A DNA stretch of 60,113 nucleotides. Origin: Actinomycetota bacterium. Lineage in GTDB: Bacteria; Actinomycetota; UBA4738; HRBIN12. Below the pieces are notes generated by a model. The model was not told where the DNA came from. It made no database searches and saw only the letters and a list, made by a program, of their open reading frames with translations. Both the position numbers and the translations under genes were made by a program. The stretch is from positions 1 to 60,113 of the forward strand of contig JBOGVG010000263.1 of assembly GCA_050692435.1 (NCBI GenBank), read 5' to 3'. Shown here piece after piece: positions 1 through 8,274 of the stretch (its first letter is position 1; every line of letters begins with the position of its first letter).

Positions 1-39
1 GAACGGCTTCTTCCCACAGATCTCACACACGGCTGCCAT
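1..39 (-). CDS. rpmB: 50S ribosomal protein L28, first 13 codons only (gene runs off the left edge)
   Basis: Reverse complement of 1-39 is ATG GCA GCC GTG TGT GAG ATC TGT GGG AAG AAG CCG TTC = MAAVCEICGKKPF, the CxxC-containing N-terminus typical of actinobacterial L28. It is divergent from recG. Confidence 0.6.
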   Translation of the reverse strand, partial: MAAVCEICGKKPF

Positions 40-202
40 GGCGCGGACCAGCGTAGCAAACGGCGGAAGCTACTCGCCCGCGCACGCCGCGCTCGCCACC
101 ACGAGGAGGACAGGCGCGATGGCGATCCGGAGGAGGCGCATCGTCTCCATGGTAGAACCCACCTGTGGTGAACACGCGTCTCGTGAGCCCGGGTGACCCT
201 GC

Positions 203-2398
203 GTGACGCTCACGCTTTCCTCTCCGATTGCCGTTGTGGACCGCCGGCTCGCCATGCGGCGGGCGGGGTTCCGCGACAAGGGCCCTCCGGCCGCCGAGGT
301 CCTGGCCGAAGCGTTCGGGATCCGCTCCGTGCGTGACCTGCTGCACCACTATCCCCGGCGGTATATCGACCGATCGCAGGTCGAGCCCATCCGGTCGCTC
401 CGGGTGGGGAAGCCTGCCACCATCATCGCGAAGGTGAAGCGGGTGACGAAGCGCCAGACCCGCCGCCGTCAGAGCATGGTGACCGTGACCCTCTACGACG
501 GTTCCGGGTACCTCGACGTCACGTTCTTCAACCAGCCCTGGGCCGCTACCCTGTACCGGGACGGTCAGGAGCTCGCCGTGTCGGGCACGGCCGCAACGTA
601 CCGCGGCCGCCTCCAGCTGGCGAACTTCGAGGTGGAGATCCTGAAGGGCGCGGACGCCGACATGGTGCACACGGGGCGCGTTACGCCAGTGCACCGAGCC
701 GCCGAGGGCATCACCACCCGGACCGTCAGAGAGCTGGTATTCCGGGCCCTGGAGCAGCTCCCCCCCATCCCCGACCCCCTCCCCGACGAGGTGACCCGGG
801 CCGAGTCGCTGCTCCCATTCGACGGGGCCATCCGGAGGATCCACTTCCCGGAGACCCAGGAGGAGCTCACCCGGGCCCGGGAGCGGCTGAAGTTCGACGA
901 GCTGTTCACGCTGGAGCTCGGGGTGGCGTTCCGAAAGCATCGCTTGGAGGCCGCCGAGACGGGCGTGGCGCACGCGGCGGAGGGATCCCTCGTGGAGCGG
1001 CTGCTGGTCACCCTTCCGTTCGAGCCAACCGCCGCCCAACGCCGGGCGGTCGGGGAGGTCGGCGAAGACATGGCCCGGCCAAAACCCATGAACGTGCTCC
1101 TCCAGGGCGACGTGGGCTCGGGCAAGACCATGGTGGCCCTGTACGCCGCGCTGGTGGCCATCCAGTCCGGCCACCAGGCGGCCATCATGGCCCCTACCGA
1201 GGTGCTGGCCGGACAGCACTTCCGGTCCATGGCGGGGCTGCTCGGCCCGTTCGGCGCCGTCTCGTATCTGGAGCTTTCGGACGGCCCGGCGAAGGCCCAG
1301 GCGTCACTGCTCGACCCGGAGCAGCCGGAAGAGACGGTCGTGACGTACGCGCTCCTCAGCGCGCTCGTCACGGGCAAGGAACGCACCCGGATCTTGGAGG
1401 GGATCGCTTCCGGCGACGTGGACCTGGTGGTGGGGACCCACGCCCTGGTGCAGGAGGCCGTGGCGTTCCGGGACCTCTCGCTCGTCGTGATCGACGAACA
1501 GCACCGGTTCGGGGTCCACCAGCGGATGGCCCTGAAGCGCAAGGGCACCTCGCCGGACGTGCTGATCATGACGGCGACGCCGATCCCCAGGACGCTCGCG
1601 CTCACGTACTACGGCGATCTCGACGTCGTGGTGCTGGACGAGATGCCGAAAGGCCGGCAGCCCGTCGAGACCCGGATCGCGCGGTCGGCCGACGAGCGGG
1701 CGGCGGCCTACGACGTGGTCCGGCGCGAGGTGGAGGCGGGGCGCCAGACCTTCGTGGTGTGTGCGGCAATCGACGAGGCGAACCGGTCCGAGGTCCGGGC
1801 GGCCGAGCAGGAGGCGGCGCGACTCGCCACCGAGGTGTTCCCGGACCTCTCGGTTCAGGTGCTCCACGGACGGATGCGACCGGGGGAGAAGGAGCGGGTC
1901 ATGGACGAGTTCCGGGCCGGCAAGCATCACCTGCTGATCTCGACCACAGTCGTCGAGGTCGGCGTGGACGTACCGAACGCGACCGTGATGCTGGTGGAAA
2001 ACGCCGAGCGGTTCGGCCTCGCGCAGCTGCACCAGCTCCGTGGGCGGATCGGCAGAGGTGAGCACCGTTCCTATTGCTTCCTGTTCGACGAGAGCAAGGA
2101 GGAGAACGAGGAGGCCCGGGGCCGTCTCGACGCCATGGCCCGGTCCACGGACGGGTTCGAGCTGGCCGACGAGGACCTCCGGCTCCGGGGCGAGGGCACC
2201 CTGTTCGACGTGCGGCAGTCGGGGATGCCGGACCTGAAGCTGGCCCGGCTGGCCGAGGACCTCGATCTGGTGAAGCGGGCCCGGGCCCGGGCGTTCGCCG
2301 TGATCGATAGCGACCCCCGGCTGGAGCGGCACCCATCGCTCCTGGCCGAGCTCCGGAGCCGGTTCGAGCGGAGCATCGACTGGCTGTTCCACTCCTAG
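203..2398 (+). CDS. recG: ATP-dependent DNA helicase RecG
   Basis: 731-aa ORF with a GTG start. Walker A GDVGSGKT, motif II VIDEQHRFG, helicase C-terminal domain and a RecG-type tail. Confidence 0.93.
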   Translation: MTLTLSSPIAVVDRRLAMRRAGFRDKGPPAAEVLAEAFGIRSVRDLLHHYPRRYIDRSQVEPIRSLRVGKPATIIAKVKRVTKRQTRRRQSMVTVTLYDGSGYLDVTFFNQPWAATLYRDGQELAVSGTAATYRGRLQLANFEVEILKGADADMVHTGRVTPVHRAAEGITTRTVRELVFRALEQLPPIPDPLPDEVTRAESLLPFDGAIRRIHFPETQEELTRARERLKFDELFTLELGVAFRKHRLEAAETGVAHAAEGSLVERLLVTLPFEPTAAQRRAVGEVGEDMARPKPMNVLLQGDVGSGKTMVALYAALVAIQSGHQAAIMAPTEVLAGQHFRSMAGLLGPFGAVSYLELSDGPAKAQASLLDPEQPEETVVTYALLSALVTGKERTRILEGIASGDVDLVVGTHALVQEAVAFRDLSLVVIDEQHRFGVHQRMALKRKGTSPDVLIMTATPIPRTLALTYYGDLDVVVLDEMPKGRQPVETRIARSADERAAAYDVVRREVEAGRQTFVVCAAIDEANRSEVRAAEQEAARLATEVFPDLSVQVLHGRMRPGEKERVMDEFRAGKHHLLISTTVVEVGVDVPNATVMLVENAERFGLAQLHQLRGRIGRGEHRSYCFLFDESKEENEEARGRLDAMARSTDGFELADEDLRLRGEGTLFDVRQSGMPDLKLARLAEDLDLVKRARARAFAVIDSDPRLERHPSLLAELRSRFERSIDWLFHS

Positions 2399-2400
2399 GC

Positions 2401-2438
2401 GAGACGGTGGGGCTGCGGGTCCCCAGCCCCGCCGTCTC
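2401..2438. terminator. Inverted repeat between convergent recG and the response-regulator gene (candidate bidirectional terminator, no U-tract)
   Basis: GAGACGGTGGGGCTG (2401-2415), an 8-nt loop, then CAGCCCCGCCGTCTC (2424-2438). 15 pairs with one G-T wobble on the + strand. Lies 3 nt after the recG stop and 13 nt before the minus-strand gene's stop. Confidence 0.4.
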
Positions 2439-2450
2439 GAGCCGCCGCGT

Positions 2451-2924
2451 TCAGACCCGGATGGTGCGCGGCGCCTCGATCTTGGGGATCACCCGGAGCT
2501 CCTGCTCCTGGGCGGCCAGCCGCCGGATCCGGGTCTCCAGCAAAAACCTCACGCGGATCAGGACCTCGTTCAGGCTGAAGGGTTTGGTCACGAAGTCGTC
2601 CACCCCCGCCACGAGGGCTCGCCGTTTGACGTCGCCGCTGACGTCGGCGGTGATCATCATGGTGGGAACGTGCGGCCCCGGCGACATGCTGGGCTTCAGC
2701 TCTTCCAAGACCTCCAACCCGTCTAGATAGGGCATCATCACGTCGAGCAGAAGCAGGTCGGGTCGGAACGTCTCGAAGAGCGGCAGGGCCTGCCGGGGAT
2801 CTGTCGTGCTCACCACGTTGGTATAGCCGTCCTGACGGAGCATGCGCTCCAACAGTAGGACGACCGACTCCTCATCGTCCACGATGAGGATCCGAGCCTC
2901 CGTCACCGTCGAACCGGCGTTCAT
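2451..2924 (-). CDS. Stand-alone response regulator (receiver domain plus short helical C-terminal tail, no output domain)
   Basis: ORF 2451-2984; the internal ATG at 2924 gives MNAGSTVTEARILIVDDEE. Receiver residues are all present: DD (IVDDEE), phospho-acceptor D (LLLLDVMMP), T (MMITAD), K (FVTKPF). Confidence 0.85.
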   Translation of the reverse strand: MNAGSTVTEARILIVDDEESVVLLLERMLRQDGYTNVVSTTDPRQALPLFETFRPDLLLLDVMMPYLDGLEVLEELKPSMSPGPHVPTMMITADVSGDVKRRALVAGVDDFVTKPFSLNEVLIRVRFLLETRIRRLAAQEQELRVIPKIEAPRTIRV

Positions 2925-3063
2925 CACGCTCCTCCGTGGTCCGGATGTTCCGTGCCTGGCATGAACGTCGAGTGGCGCGGTCAAGGCCCCGTTCGGGAAT
3001 GGTCAAGATGGGGTCAAGATCCGGAGAGGGCCCCCAGATCGTGCGCGGCTACAGTCTCTAGCC

Positions 3064-3618
3064 GTGCGTGTGATCGGTGGTTCGGCCAAGGGCGTTCGGC
3101 TGGCCCCCGTGCCCCGGGGGGTCAGGCCCGTCTCCGACATGGCCCGGGAGGGACTGTTCTCCAGCATCGCCGCCGGCGTCCCCGGGGCGAGCGTCCTCGA
3201 CCTGTACGCCGGGACCGGGGCGCTCGGCATCGAGGCCCTGTCCCGAGGCGCGGACCGAGCCGTGCTGGTGGAGGCGAGCCGCCCCGCCCTTCGGACCATC
3301 GGGGTGAACCTGGAACGGACCGGCCTCGCGGGCCGGGCAACCGTGGTGGCCTCCGACGTCCCCACGTTTCTCCGAAGAAATAGCAAACGGGGAGCGCCGT
3401 TCGACCTCGTCCTGGCGGATCCGCCGTACGAAGCGGCCGGGCCGGAAGTGGACCGGGTGCTCGCCTGGCTCGCTTCGGGGTGGCTGGCCGAACCAGGCTG
3501 GATCGTGGCCGTGACCCGCAGGATCGGGAGTTCCACGCCTGTCATTCCGGTAAACTGGCCGGTCGCGAGGCGCCTGGAGTACGGCGACACCCTCGTTCTG
3601 GTCTACCTGGAGGTCTGA
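3064..3618 (+). CDS. rsmD: 16S rRNA (guanine966-N2)-methyltransferase RsmD
   Basis: 184 aa. N-terminus [16 protein letters not shown]-binding [18 protein letters not shown], and the DPPY motif (LADPPYE). Conserved position upstream of coaD. Confidence 0.9.
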   Translation: MRVIGGSAKGVRLAPVPRGVRPVSDMAREGLFSSIAAGVPGASVLDLYAGTGALGIEALSRGADRAVLVEASRPALRTIGVNLERTGLAGRATVVASDVPTFLRRNSKRGAPFDLVLADPPYEAAGPEVDRVLAWLASGWLAEPGWIVAVTRRIGSSTPVIPVNWPVARRLEYGDTLVLVYLEV

Positions 3619-3619
3619 G

Positions 3620-4105
3620 TTGGGCCTGACCGCCCTGTGTCCGGGGACGTTCGACCCCGTGACGAACGGTCACCTCGATATCATCGAACGGGCAGGACAG
3701 CACTTCGACACGGTCGTGGTCGCGGTGCTGGACAACCCTGCCAAGGAACCCATGTTCAGCGTGGAGGAGCGGGTCTCGATGCTGAAGGAGGCAACGGCCG
3801 CCCTCCCGAACGTTGAGGTCGCCTCCTTCTCCGGATTGCTCGTGGAATTCGCAAAGGAGCGAGGGTCACCCGTGATCGTAAAGGGCCTGCGGGCCGTGAC
3901 CGACTTCGAGTACGAGATCCAGATGGCTCAGATGAACCGGCGGTTGGCGAACGTGGAGACGTTCTTCATGACCACCGCGCCGAACTGGTCGTACCTGTCC
4001 TCGTCCCTGGTGAAGGAGGTGGCCCGGCACGGCGGCGACGTTTCCGGGCTGGTTCCGGCGGTGGTCGCGGAGCGCCTGGCGGACACGCTGGGGAGGCCCG
4101 GATAG
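3620..4105 (+). CDS. coaD: Phosphopantetheine adenylyltransferase
   Basis: 161 aa with a TTG start. [15 protein letters not shown] nucleotidyltransferase signature and a typical CoaD length. Confidence 0.93.
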   Translation: MGLTALCPGTFDPVTNGHLDIIERAGQHFDTVVVAVLDNPAKEPMFSVEERVSMLKEATAALPNVEVASFSGLLVEFAKERGSPVIVKGLRAVTDFEYEIQMAQMNRRLANVETFFMTTAPNWSYLSSSLVKEVARHGGDVSGLVPAVVAERLADTLGRPG

Positions 4106-4644
4106 TGGACCTCGCCGCCCGCCTCCAACAGCTCGAGGACATGATCAGGGAAGCGAAGTCCATGCCGCTCTCCTCCTCGGCCCTGCTCAACCGGGACGAG
4201 ATGCTCGAGCTCCTGGCCCAGATGAAGGACGCCCTGCCGGAGGAGGTCAAGCAGGCCCGGTGGGTGGTGAAGGACCGGGAGGAGCTGCTGACCAAGGCCC
4301 GTCGCGACGCCGAGAGGATCGTGGAGGACGCCCGGGCTGAGCAGCTTCGGATGGCCTCCCGGGAGGAGGTCGTGAAGCGGGCCGAAGAGGAGGCCGGCCG
4401 GATCCTGGCCGAGGCTCGAGAGGAGGCCCGGCGGATGCGCCTGGAGGCGGAGGACTACGTGGACGCCAAGCTTGCCCAGTTCGAGATCGCCCTCCAGCGA
4501 TCCGGGGAGGAGCTCGTCACCACCAAGTCGTCGCTCGCCAGGACCCTCGAGCAGATCCAGATGGGGCGGGAGCGGCTGCGAGGGGGGGGCCCCGCCGAGC
4601 AGGAATTCGGCATGGAGGAGCCACTTGTGGGGGAAGAGGAGTGA
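4105..4644 (+). CDS. Coiled-coil DivIVA-domain protein (resembles mycobacterial SepIVA/Rv2927c)
   Basis: 179 aa. The GTG start overlaps the coaD stop by 1 nt. Charged helical repeats (RRDAERIVEDARAEQ, EEARRMRLEAEDYVDAKLAQFE). Conserved slot immediately upstream of the DUF177 gene. The family match is from memory, not a search. Confidence 0.6.
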   Translation: MDLAARLQQLEDMIREAKSMPLSSSALLNRDEMLELLAQMKDALPEEVKQARWVVKDREELLTKARRDAERIVEDARAEQLRMASREEVVKRAEEEAGRILAEAREEARRMRLEAEDYVDAKLAQFEIALQRSGEELVTTKSSLARTLEQIQMGRERLRGGGPAEQEFGMEEPLVGEEE

Positions 4645-5144
4645 TGCGCTCCATCGACGTCCGTGACCTCGTGGAACACCCGGGCGCGTCCAGGACGGTG
4701 CGCGTGGACGAGACGGTGGAGGGCCTGCACACGGAGCTCGCCGCCGTCCCCGAGGACGAGCGCTTGGAGGGCGACCTCCTGCTCGAGAGCGTCGTCGACG
4801 GCATCTACGTCTCGGGCGCCGTGGAGGGAACCATGGCGCTTCGCTGTGCCCGATGCCTGAAGGAGTTCCAACAGCCCTTCGGCGTGGAGCTGAGCGAGTT
4901 GGTCGTGCGAACCGCCGGCCCCGAGGACGACTACGTGCTGGGCGAGGACCTGACCCTGGACCCCGAGCCCATGGTCCGCGATGCGGTCGTGCTCTCCATG
5001 CCGTTCTCGCCCCTGTGCAAGCCCGACTGCCTCGGTCTGTGCCCCCGCTGCGGCGGCGACCGCAACCTCGGCGAGTGCGGCTGCCCCGAGGAGCCCGGGG
5101 ACCCCCGTTGGGCGGGCCTGCACGGGCTGTTCACCGAACCGTAA
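4641..5144 (+). CDS. yceD: YceD/DUF177 family protein (large-subunit ribosome accumulation protein)
   Basis: 167 aa. Cys motifs CARCLKEF and CKPDCLGLCPRCGGDRN. Conserved position directly upstream of rpmF. Confidence 0.88.
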   Translation: MMRSIDVRDLVEHPGASRTVRVDETVEGLHTELAAVPEDERLEGDLLLESVVDGIYVSGAVEGTMALRCARCLKEFQQPFGVELSELVVRTAGPEDDYVLGEDLTLDPEPMVRDAVVLSMPFSPLCKPDCLGLCPRCGGDRNLGECGCPEEPGDPRWAGLHGLFTEP

Positions 5145-5166
5145 CGACGGACAGGAAGGAAGGACG

Positions 5167-5343
5167 ATGCCGGTACCGAAGAGGAAGCAGACCCAGGCCC
5201 GGAGCGCGAAGCGGCGCGCGAACTGGAAGGCGGAGCCGGCGACGTACTCGACGTGTCCGCAGTGCCACCAGCCCAAGCTGCCGCATCGGGTGTGCGGGAA
5301 CTGCGGCTACTACGCGGGTCGCCAGGCGATCGAGGTCGAGTGA
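5167..5343 (+). CDS. rpmF: 50S ribosomal protein L32
   Basis: The ATG at 5167 inside ORF 4981-5343 gives MPVPKRKQTQARSAKRRANWK...CPQCHQPKLPHRVCGNCGYY (58 aa). GGAAGGAAGGA SD-like purine tract ending about 4 nt upstream of the ATG. Confidence 0.93.
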   Translation: MPVPKRKQTQARSAKRRANWKAEPATYSTCPQCHQPKLPHRVCGNCGYYAGRQAIEVE

Positions 5344-5346
5344 CGC

Positions 5347-6078
5347 GTGAGCGCCGACGGCGCCGATGACCCCACGACCCGAGCCCTGGAGCGGACCATC
5401 GGCGTCCGGTTCACGGACAGCTTCATCCGCGACGCGGCCCTAACCCATCGCTCGTTCGCCTTCGAGCAAGACCTCGAGCTGAACAACGAGCGGCTGGAGT
5501 TTCTGGGTGACGCGGTGCTCGGGCTGGTGGTGACCGACCTCGCCTATCGCGAGTTCCCGGACCTCGCGGAAGGCGATTTGGCCAAGCTCCGGGCTGCCAT
5601 CGTCAACATGGGCGCGCTGTCCGACGTGGCTCGGGACCTCGGCCTCGGCGAGATCGTCCGCCTGGGCAAGGGGGAGGAGAGCAGCGGCGGCCGGGAGAAG
5701 TCGAGCATCCTGGCCGACGCACTGGAGGCCATCCTCGGGGCCGTGTACCTGGACCTCGGGCTGGAGACGGCCCGCCGGATCATCGAGAGGCTGTTCCGGC
5801 CCCGGATGGTCGCCTACGTCCGAGGCGAGGGCGAGCGCGACTACAAGACCATCCTCCAGGAGATCGCCTCACAGGACCTGCGCTCGCTGCCGGAGTACCG
5901 GCTGGTTGAGCGGGGTCCCGACCACGAGAAGGAGTTCACGGCCACCGTGTACCTGGGCGGCAAGGCGTACGGGACCGGCATCGGCCGCTCCAAGAAGGAG
6001 GCCGAGCAGCAGGCGGCTCACCAGGCCTACCTGAAGCTGTCGGAGCGGACGGTTGAGACGGGCTCGAAGGGGGGATAG
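5347..6078 (+). CDS. rnc: Ribonuclease III
   Basis: 243 aa. RNase III signature NERLEFLGDAVL and a C-terminal dsRBD (GRSKKEAEQQAA). Confidence 0.94.
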   Translation: MSADGADDPTTRALERTIGVRFTDSFIRDAALTHRSFAFEQDLELNNERLEFLGDAVLGLVVTDLAYREFPDLAEGDLAKLRAAIVNMGALSDVARDLGLGEIVRLGKGEESSGGREKSSILADALEAILGAVYLDLGLETARRIIERLFRPRMVAYVRGEGERDYKTILQEIASQDLRSLPEYRLVERGPDHEKEFTATVYLGGKAYGTGIGRSKKEAEQQAAHQAYLKLSERTVETGSKGG

Positions 6079-6921
6079 GTGGAGCTTCCCGAAGTCGAGG
6101 TGATGCGCCGCGACCTCGAGAGGGACGTGGTCGGCCGGAAGGTCGCCGCCGCCGAGGTCCGCCCGTCGAAGAACGCCATGCGGATCATCCGCCGCCACGC
6201 CAGGCGCAAGGAGTTCGCCGACCGGCTGGTGGGCCGGAAGATCGGGAAGGTCGAGCGCCGGGGGAAGTACGTCCTGCTCTTCTTGGACAACGGCGACGTG
6301 CTCGTCGTGCACTTCGGCATGAGCGGCCAGTTCCTCCGAGGAAACAAGCGGGTGCCGCTTCCGCCCCACACCCACGTCGTCATCACGTTCAATCAGGGCG
6401 GGGACCTCCGGTTCGCCGATCCTCGAACGTTCGGCGAGATGTTCGTGACCGCTTCGGACGCGCTCGGCAAGGTGAAGGAGCTCCAGCACATCGCCATCGA
6501 CCCCCTGGACCACGTGTTCACGTGGCAGACGTTCGGCGGGAGGACGGCGCAGAAAGGCGCCAAGCTGAAGCAGCTCCTGATGGACCAGAAGTTCATCTCT
6601 GGCCTCGGCAACATCTATTCGGACGAGGTGCTGTTCGCCGCAGGGCTGCGCCACGACCGGATGTCCGACACCTTGTCATCCCAGGAGGTGAGACGCCTGT
6701 ACCGGGCCCTCCAGGAGGTCCTTCAGGAGGCTATCCGGTTCCGGGGGACGACCCTGGACGACGAAGCCTACGTGGACCTGTTCGGCAAGCCGGGCGAGTT
6801 CCAGAACGAGCTGAAGGTGTACGGCCGGGAGGGGCAGCCCTGCCGGCGGTGCCGGACGCCGATCCAGACCGTCAAGATCTCGGGCAGGAACGCGTACTTC
6901 TGCCCGCAGTGCCAGAGCTGA
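6079..6921 (+). CDS. mutM: Formamidopyrimidine-DNA glycosylase family protein (Fpg/MutM) lacking the canonical Pro2
   Basis: 280 aa. ELPEVEVMRRDLE N-terminus, RRGKYV, H2TH region, and C-terminal zinc finger CRRCRTPIQ...FCPQCQ. The GTG start follows the rnc TAG directly. Confidence 0.88.
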   Translation: MELPEVEVMRRDLERDVVGRKVAAAEVRPSKNAMRIIRRHARRKEFADRLVGRKIGKVERRGKYVLLFLDNGDVLVVHFGMSGQFLRGNKRVPLPPHTHVVITFNQGGDLRFADPRTFGEMFVTASDALGKVKELQHIAIDPLDHVFTWQTFGGRTAQKGAKLKQLLMDQKFISGLGNIYSDEVLFAAGLRHDRMSDTLSSQEVRRLYRALQEVLQEAIRFRGTTLDDEAYVDLFGKPGEFQNELKVYGREGQPCRRCRTPIQTVKISGRNAYFCPQCQS

Positions 6922-6936
6922 CGGGCCACCGCGGCC

Positions 6937-7524
6937 CTATGCTTCCTCGGCGCCGGCCGCTCGCATGCGCTCGAGAGCGCGGTCACCGTCTCCGGGCCCG
7001 AGGTCGACGGCCCGGATCGCGCCGGTCAGGACCGTGGCCTGGAACCCCAGCCGCCGCGCGTCGACCACGGTCTCCACCACGCAGTAATCGGTGGCCAGGC
7101 CGCACACCACCACGTGCTCGATCCCCCGCTCGCGGAGGATCCGTTCGAGTCGTGTCGACGAGGTCTCGCCGCTCGTGGGGTCCCGGACGCTGAAGGCGGA
7201 GTAGCCGTCCTCGCCGCCCGAGCCCTTGCGGATGTGCTCCCCGTCGGCGACCTTCAAACCCGGATGGAAGTCGGATCCCCACGTGTCCTGCACGCAGTGG
7301 ACGGGCCAGATGCCGCCGTCCTTCTGGAAGTGGGGGGTGGAGGCGGGGTGCCAGTCCTGCGTGTACGCGACCAGCGCGCCCCGGCGGAGCGCTCGGGCGA
7401 TCTCGTCGTTCGCCGCCGCCACCACTGCTTCGCCGTCCTTCACGTACAGGCTCCCGTTCGGGTCGGCGAAGTCGTTCTGGACGTCGACCACGACCAGCGC
7501 GGTCTTGGGGTCGTACTCCACCAT
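6937..7524 (-). CDS. pncA: Nicotinamidase/pyrazinamidase (isochorismatase family)
   Basis: ALVVVDVQNDF, metal site QDWHP...H, catalytic Cys in VVVCGLATDYCV. The ORF opens at GTG 7548. I prefer ATG 7524 (MVEYDPKTALVVVD), which overlaps the upstream ORF's stop as TGATG. Confidence 0.85.
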   Translation of the reverse strand: MVEYDPKTALVVVDVQNDFADPNGSLYVKDGEAVVAAANDEIARALRRGALVAYTQDWHPASTPHFQKDGGIWPVHCVQDTWGSDFHPGLKVADGEHIRKGSGGEDGYSAFSVRDPTSGETSSTRLERILRERGIEHVVVCGLATDYCVVETVVDARRLGFQATVLTGAIRAVDLGPGDGDRALERMRAAGAEEA

Positions 7525-7814
7525 CACCCTCGATTGTAGTGACGGCACTCTCTCCGTTCAGAGGCACGAAGCGCGGCGGTGCCGAACAGCAGCAGGGCGA
7601 ACGCGAGGGCCCCGTGACGTCGGCCTCGCCGGCAGGCGTCGCGGGGGAGGTGGGGCTGACCGTCGGCGTCGAGCTCGGCGTGGAACTTGGCGAGGGCGGC
7701 GGGGTCGCGTTGTGGTGGCCGTTCGACCGCTCGGGTGGGTCCGCGCGGCTGGGGAGGCGCCCAGCGCAGCGCGAGCAGCGCCACCAGACCGAAGGTGATG
7801 CGTCCCACCCGCAT
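7524..7814 (-). CDS. Small hypothetical membrane protein (96 aa)
   Basis: The internal ATG at 7814 of ORF 7524-8231 is preceded by a GGGGAGGGAA SD-like tract ending about 6 nt upstream of the ATG. Two hydrophobic segments (ITFGLVALLAL, ALAFALLLFGTAAL). Its stop overlaps the pncA ATG. No family recognised. Confidence 0.35.
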   Translation of the reverse strand: MRVGRITFGLVALLALRWAPPQPRGPTRAVERPPQRDPAALAKFHAELDADGQPHLPRDACRRGRRHGALAFALLLFGTAALRASERRECRHYNRG

Positions 7815-7943
7815 CACGACTTCCCTCCCCGCCACGGAACCTACCGCAGATGTGGTATCGGGCGAAGGGGCCGAGCGCGATCCGGGAGGCGACTTCGCCC
7901 TCCGCAACCGGCGGCCACCGCCCACCTCGCTACCATCGGTCGC

Positions 7944-8213
7944 GTGAAGCGGATACGGGTGGTGGCCTCCGGCCAGGTCCAAGGCGTCTTCTACCGGGCG
8001 ACATGCGCCTCGCTCGCCAGGCAGCGAGGCTTGGCCGGCTTCGTGAGGAACCTTCCCGACGGACGAGTGGAGGCGGCGTTCGAGGGCATCGACGACGACG
8101 TCGACGCCATGGTGGCGTGGTGCCGGGCGGGGACGGAATACGCCCGGGTGGATGGAGTCGACGTGACCCCCGAGGAACCCCGGGGTGACCAAGGTTTCCG
8201 CGTCGCCGGCTGA
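7944..8213 (+). CDS. acyP: Acylphosphatase
   Basis: The GTG at 7944 within ORF 7539-8213 gives VKRIRVVASGQVQGVFYRATC...GFVRNLPDGRVE (89 aa), the classic acylphosphatase signature. Sits next to smc, as in mycobacteria. Confidence 0.88.
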   Translation: MKRIRVVASGQVQGVFYRATCASLARQRGLAGFVRNLPDGRVEAAFEGIDDDVDAMVAWCRAGTEYARVDGVDVTPEEPRGDQGFRVAG

Positions 8214-8274
8214 CCCAAGTTGCCTGGCCAAACCCAGAAACGGCGCTCGGCCACTGTTAGCATCGGCTTTCAGG

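Noticed and set aside
70-279. 69-aa minus-strand ORF (inner METMRLLRIAIAPVLLVVASAACAGE) upstream of rpmB
   Set aside because: It overlaps the recG start region. I saw no SD and no recognisable family. The short hydrophobic peptide could be chance, so I cannot support it.
23-2392. Long minus-strand ORFs (23-1219, 565-1605, 1304-2392) overlapping recG
   Set aside because: Same high-GC artefact. The recG frame carries all the helicase motifs and the antisense frames carry none.
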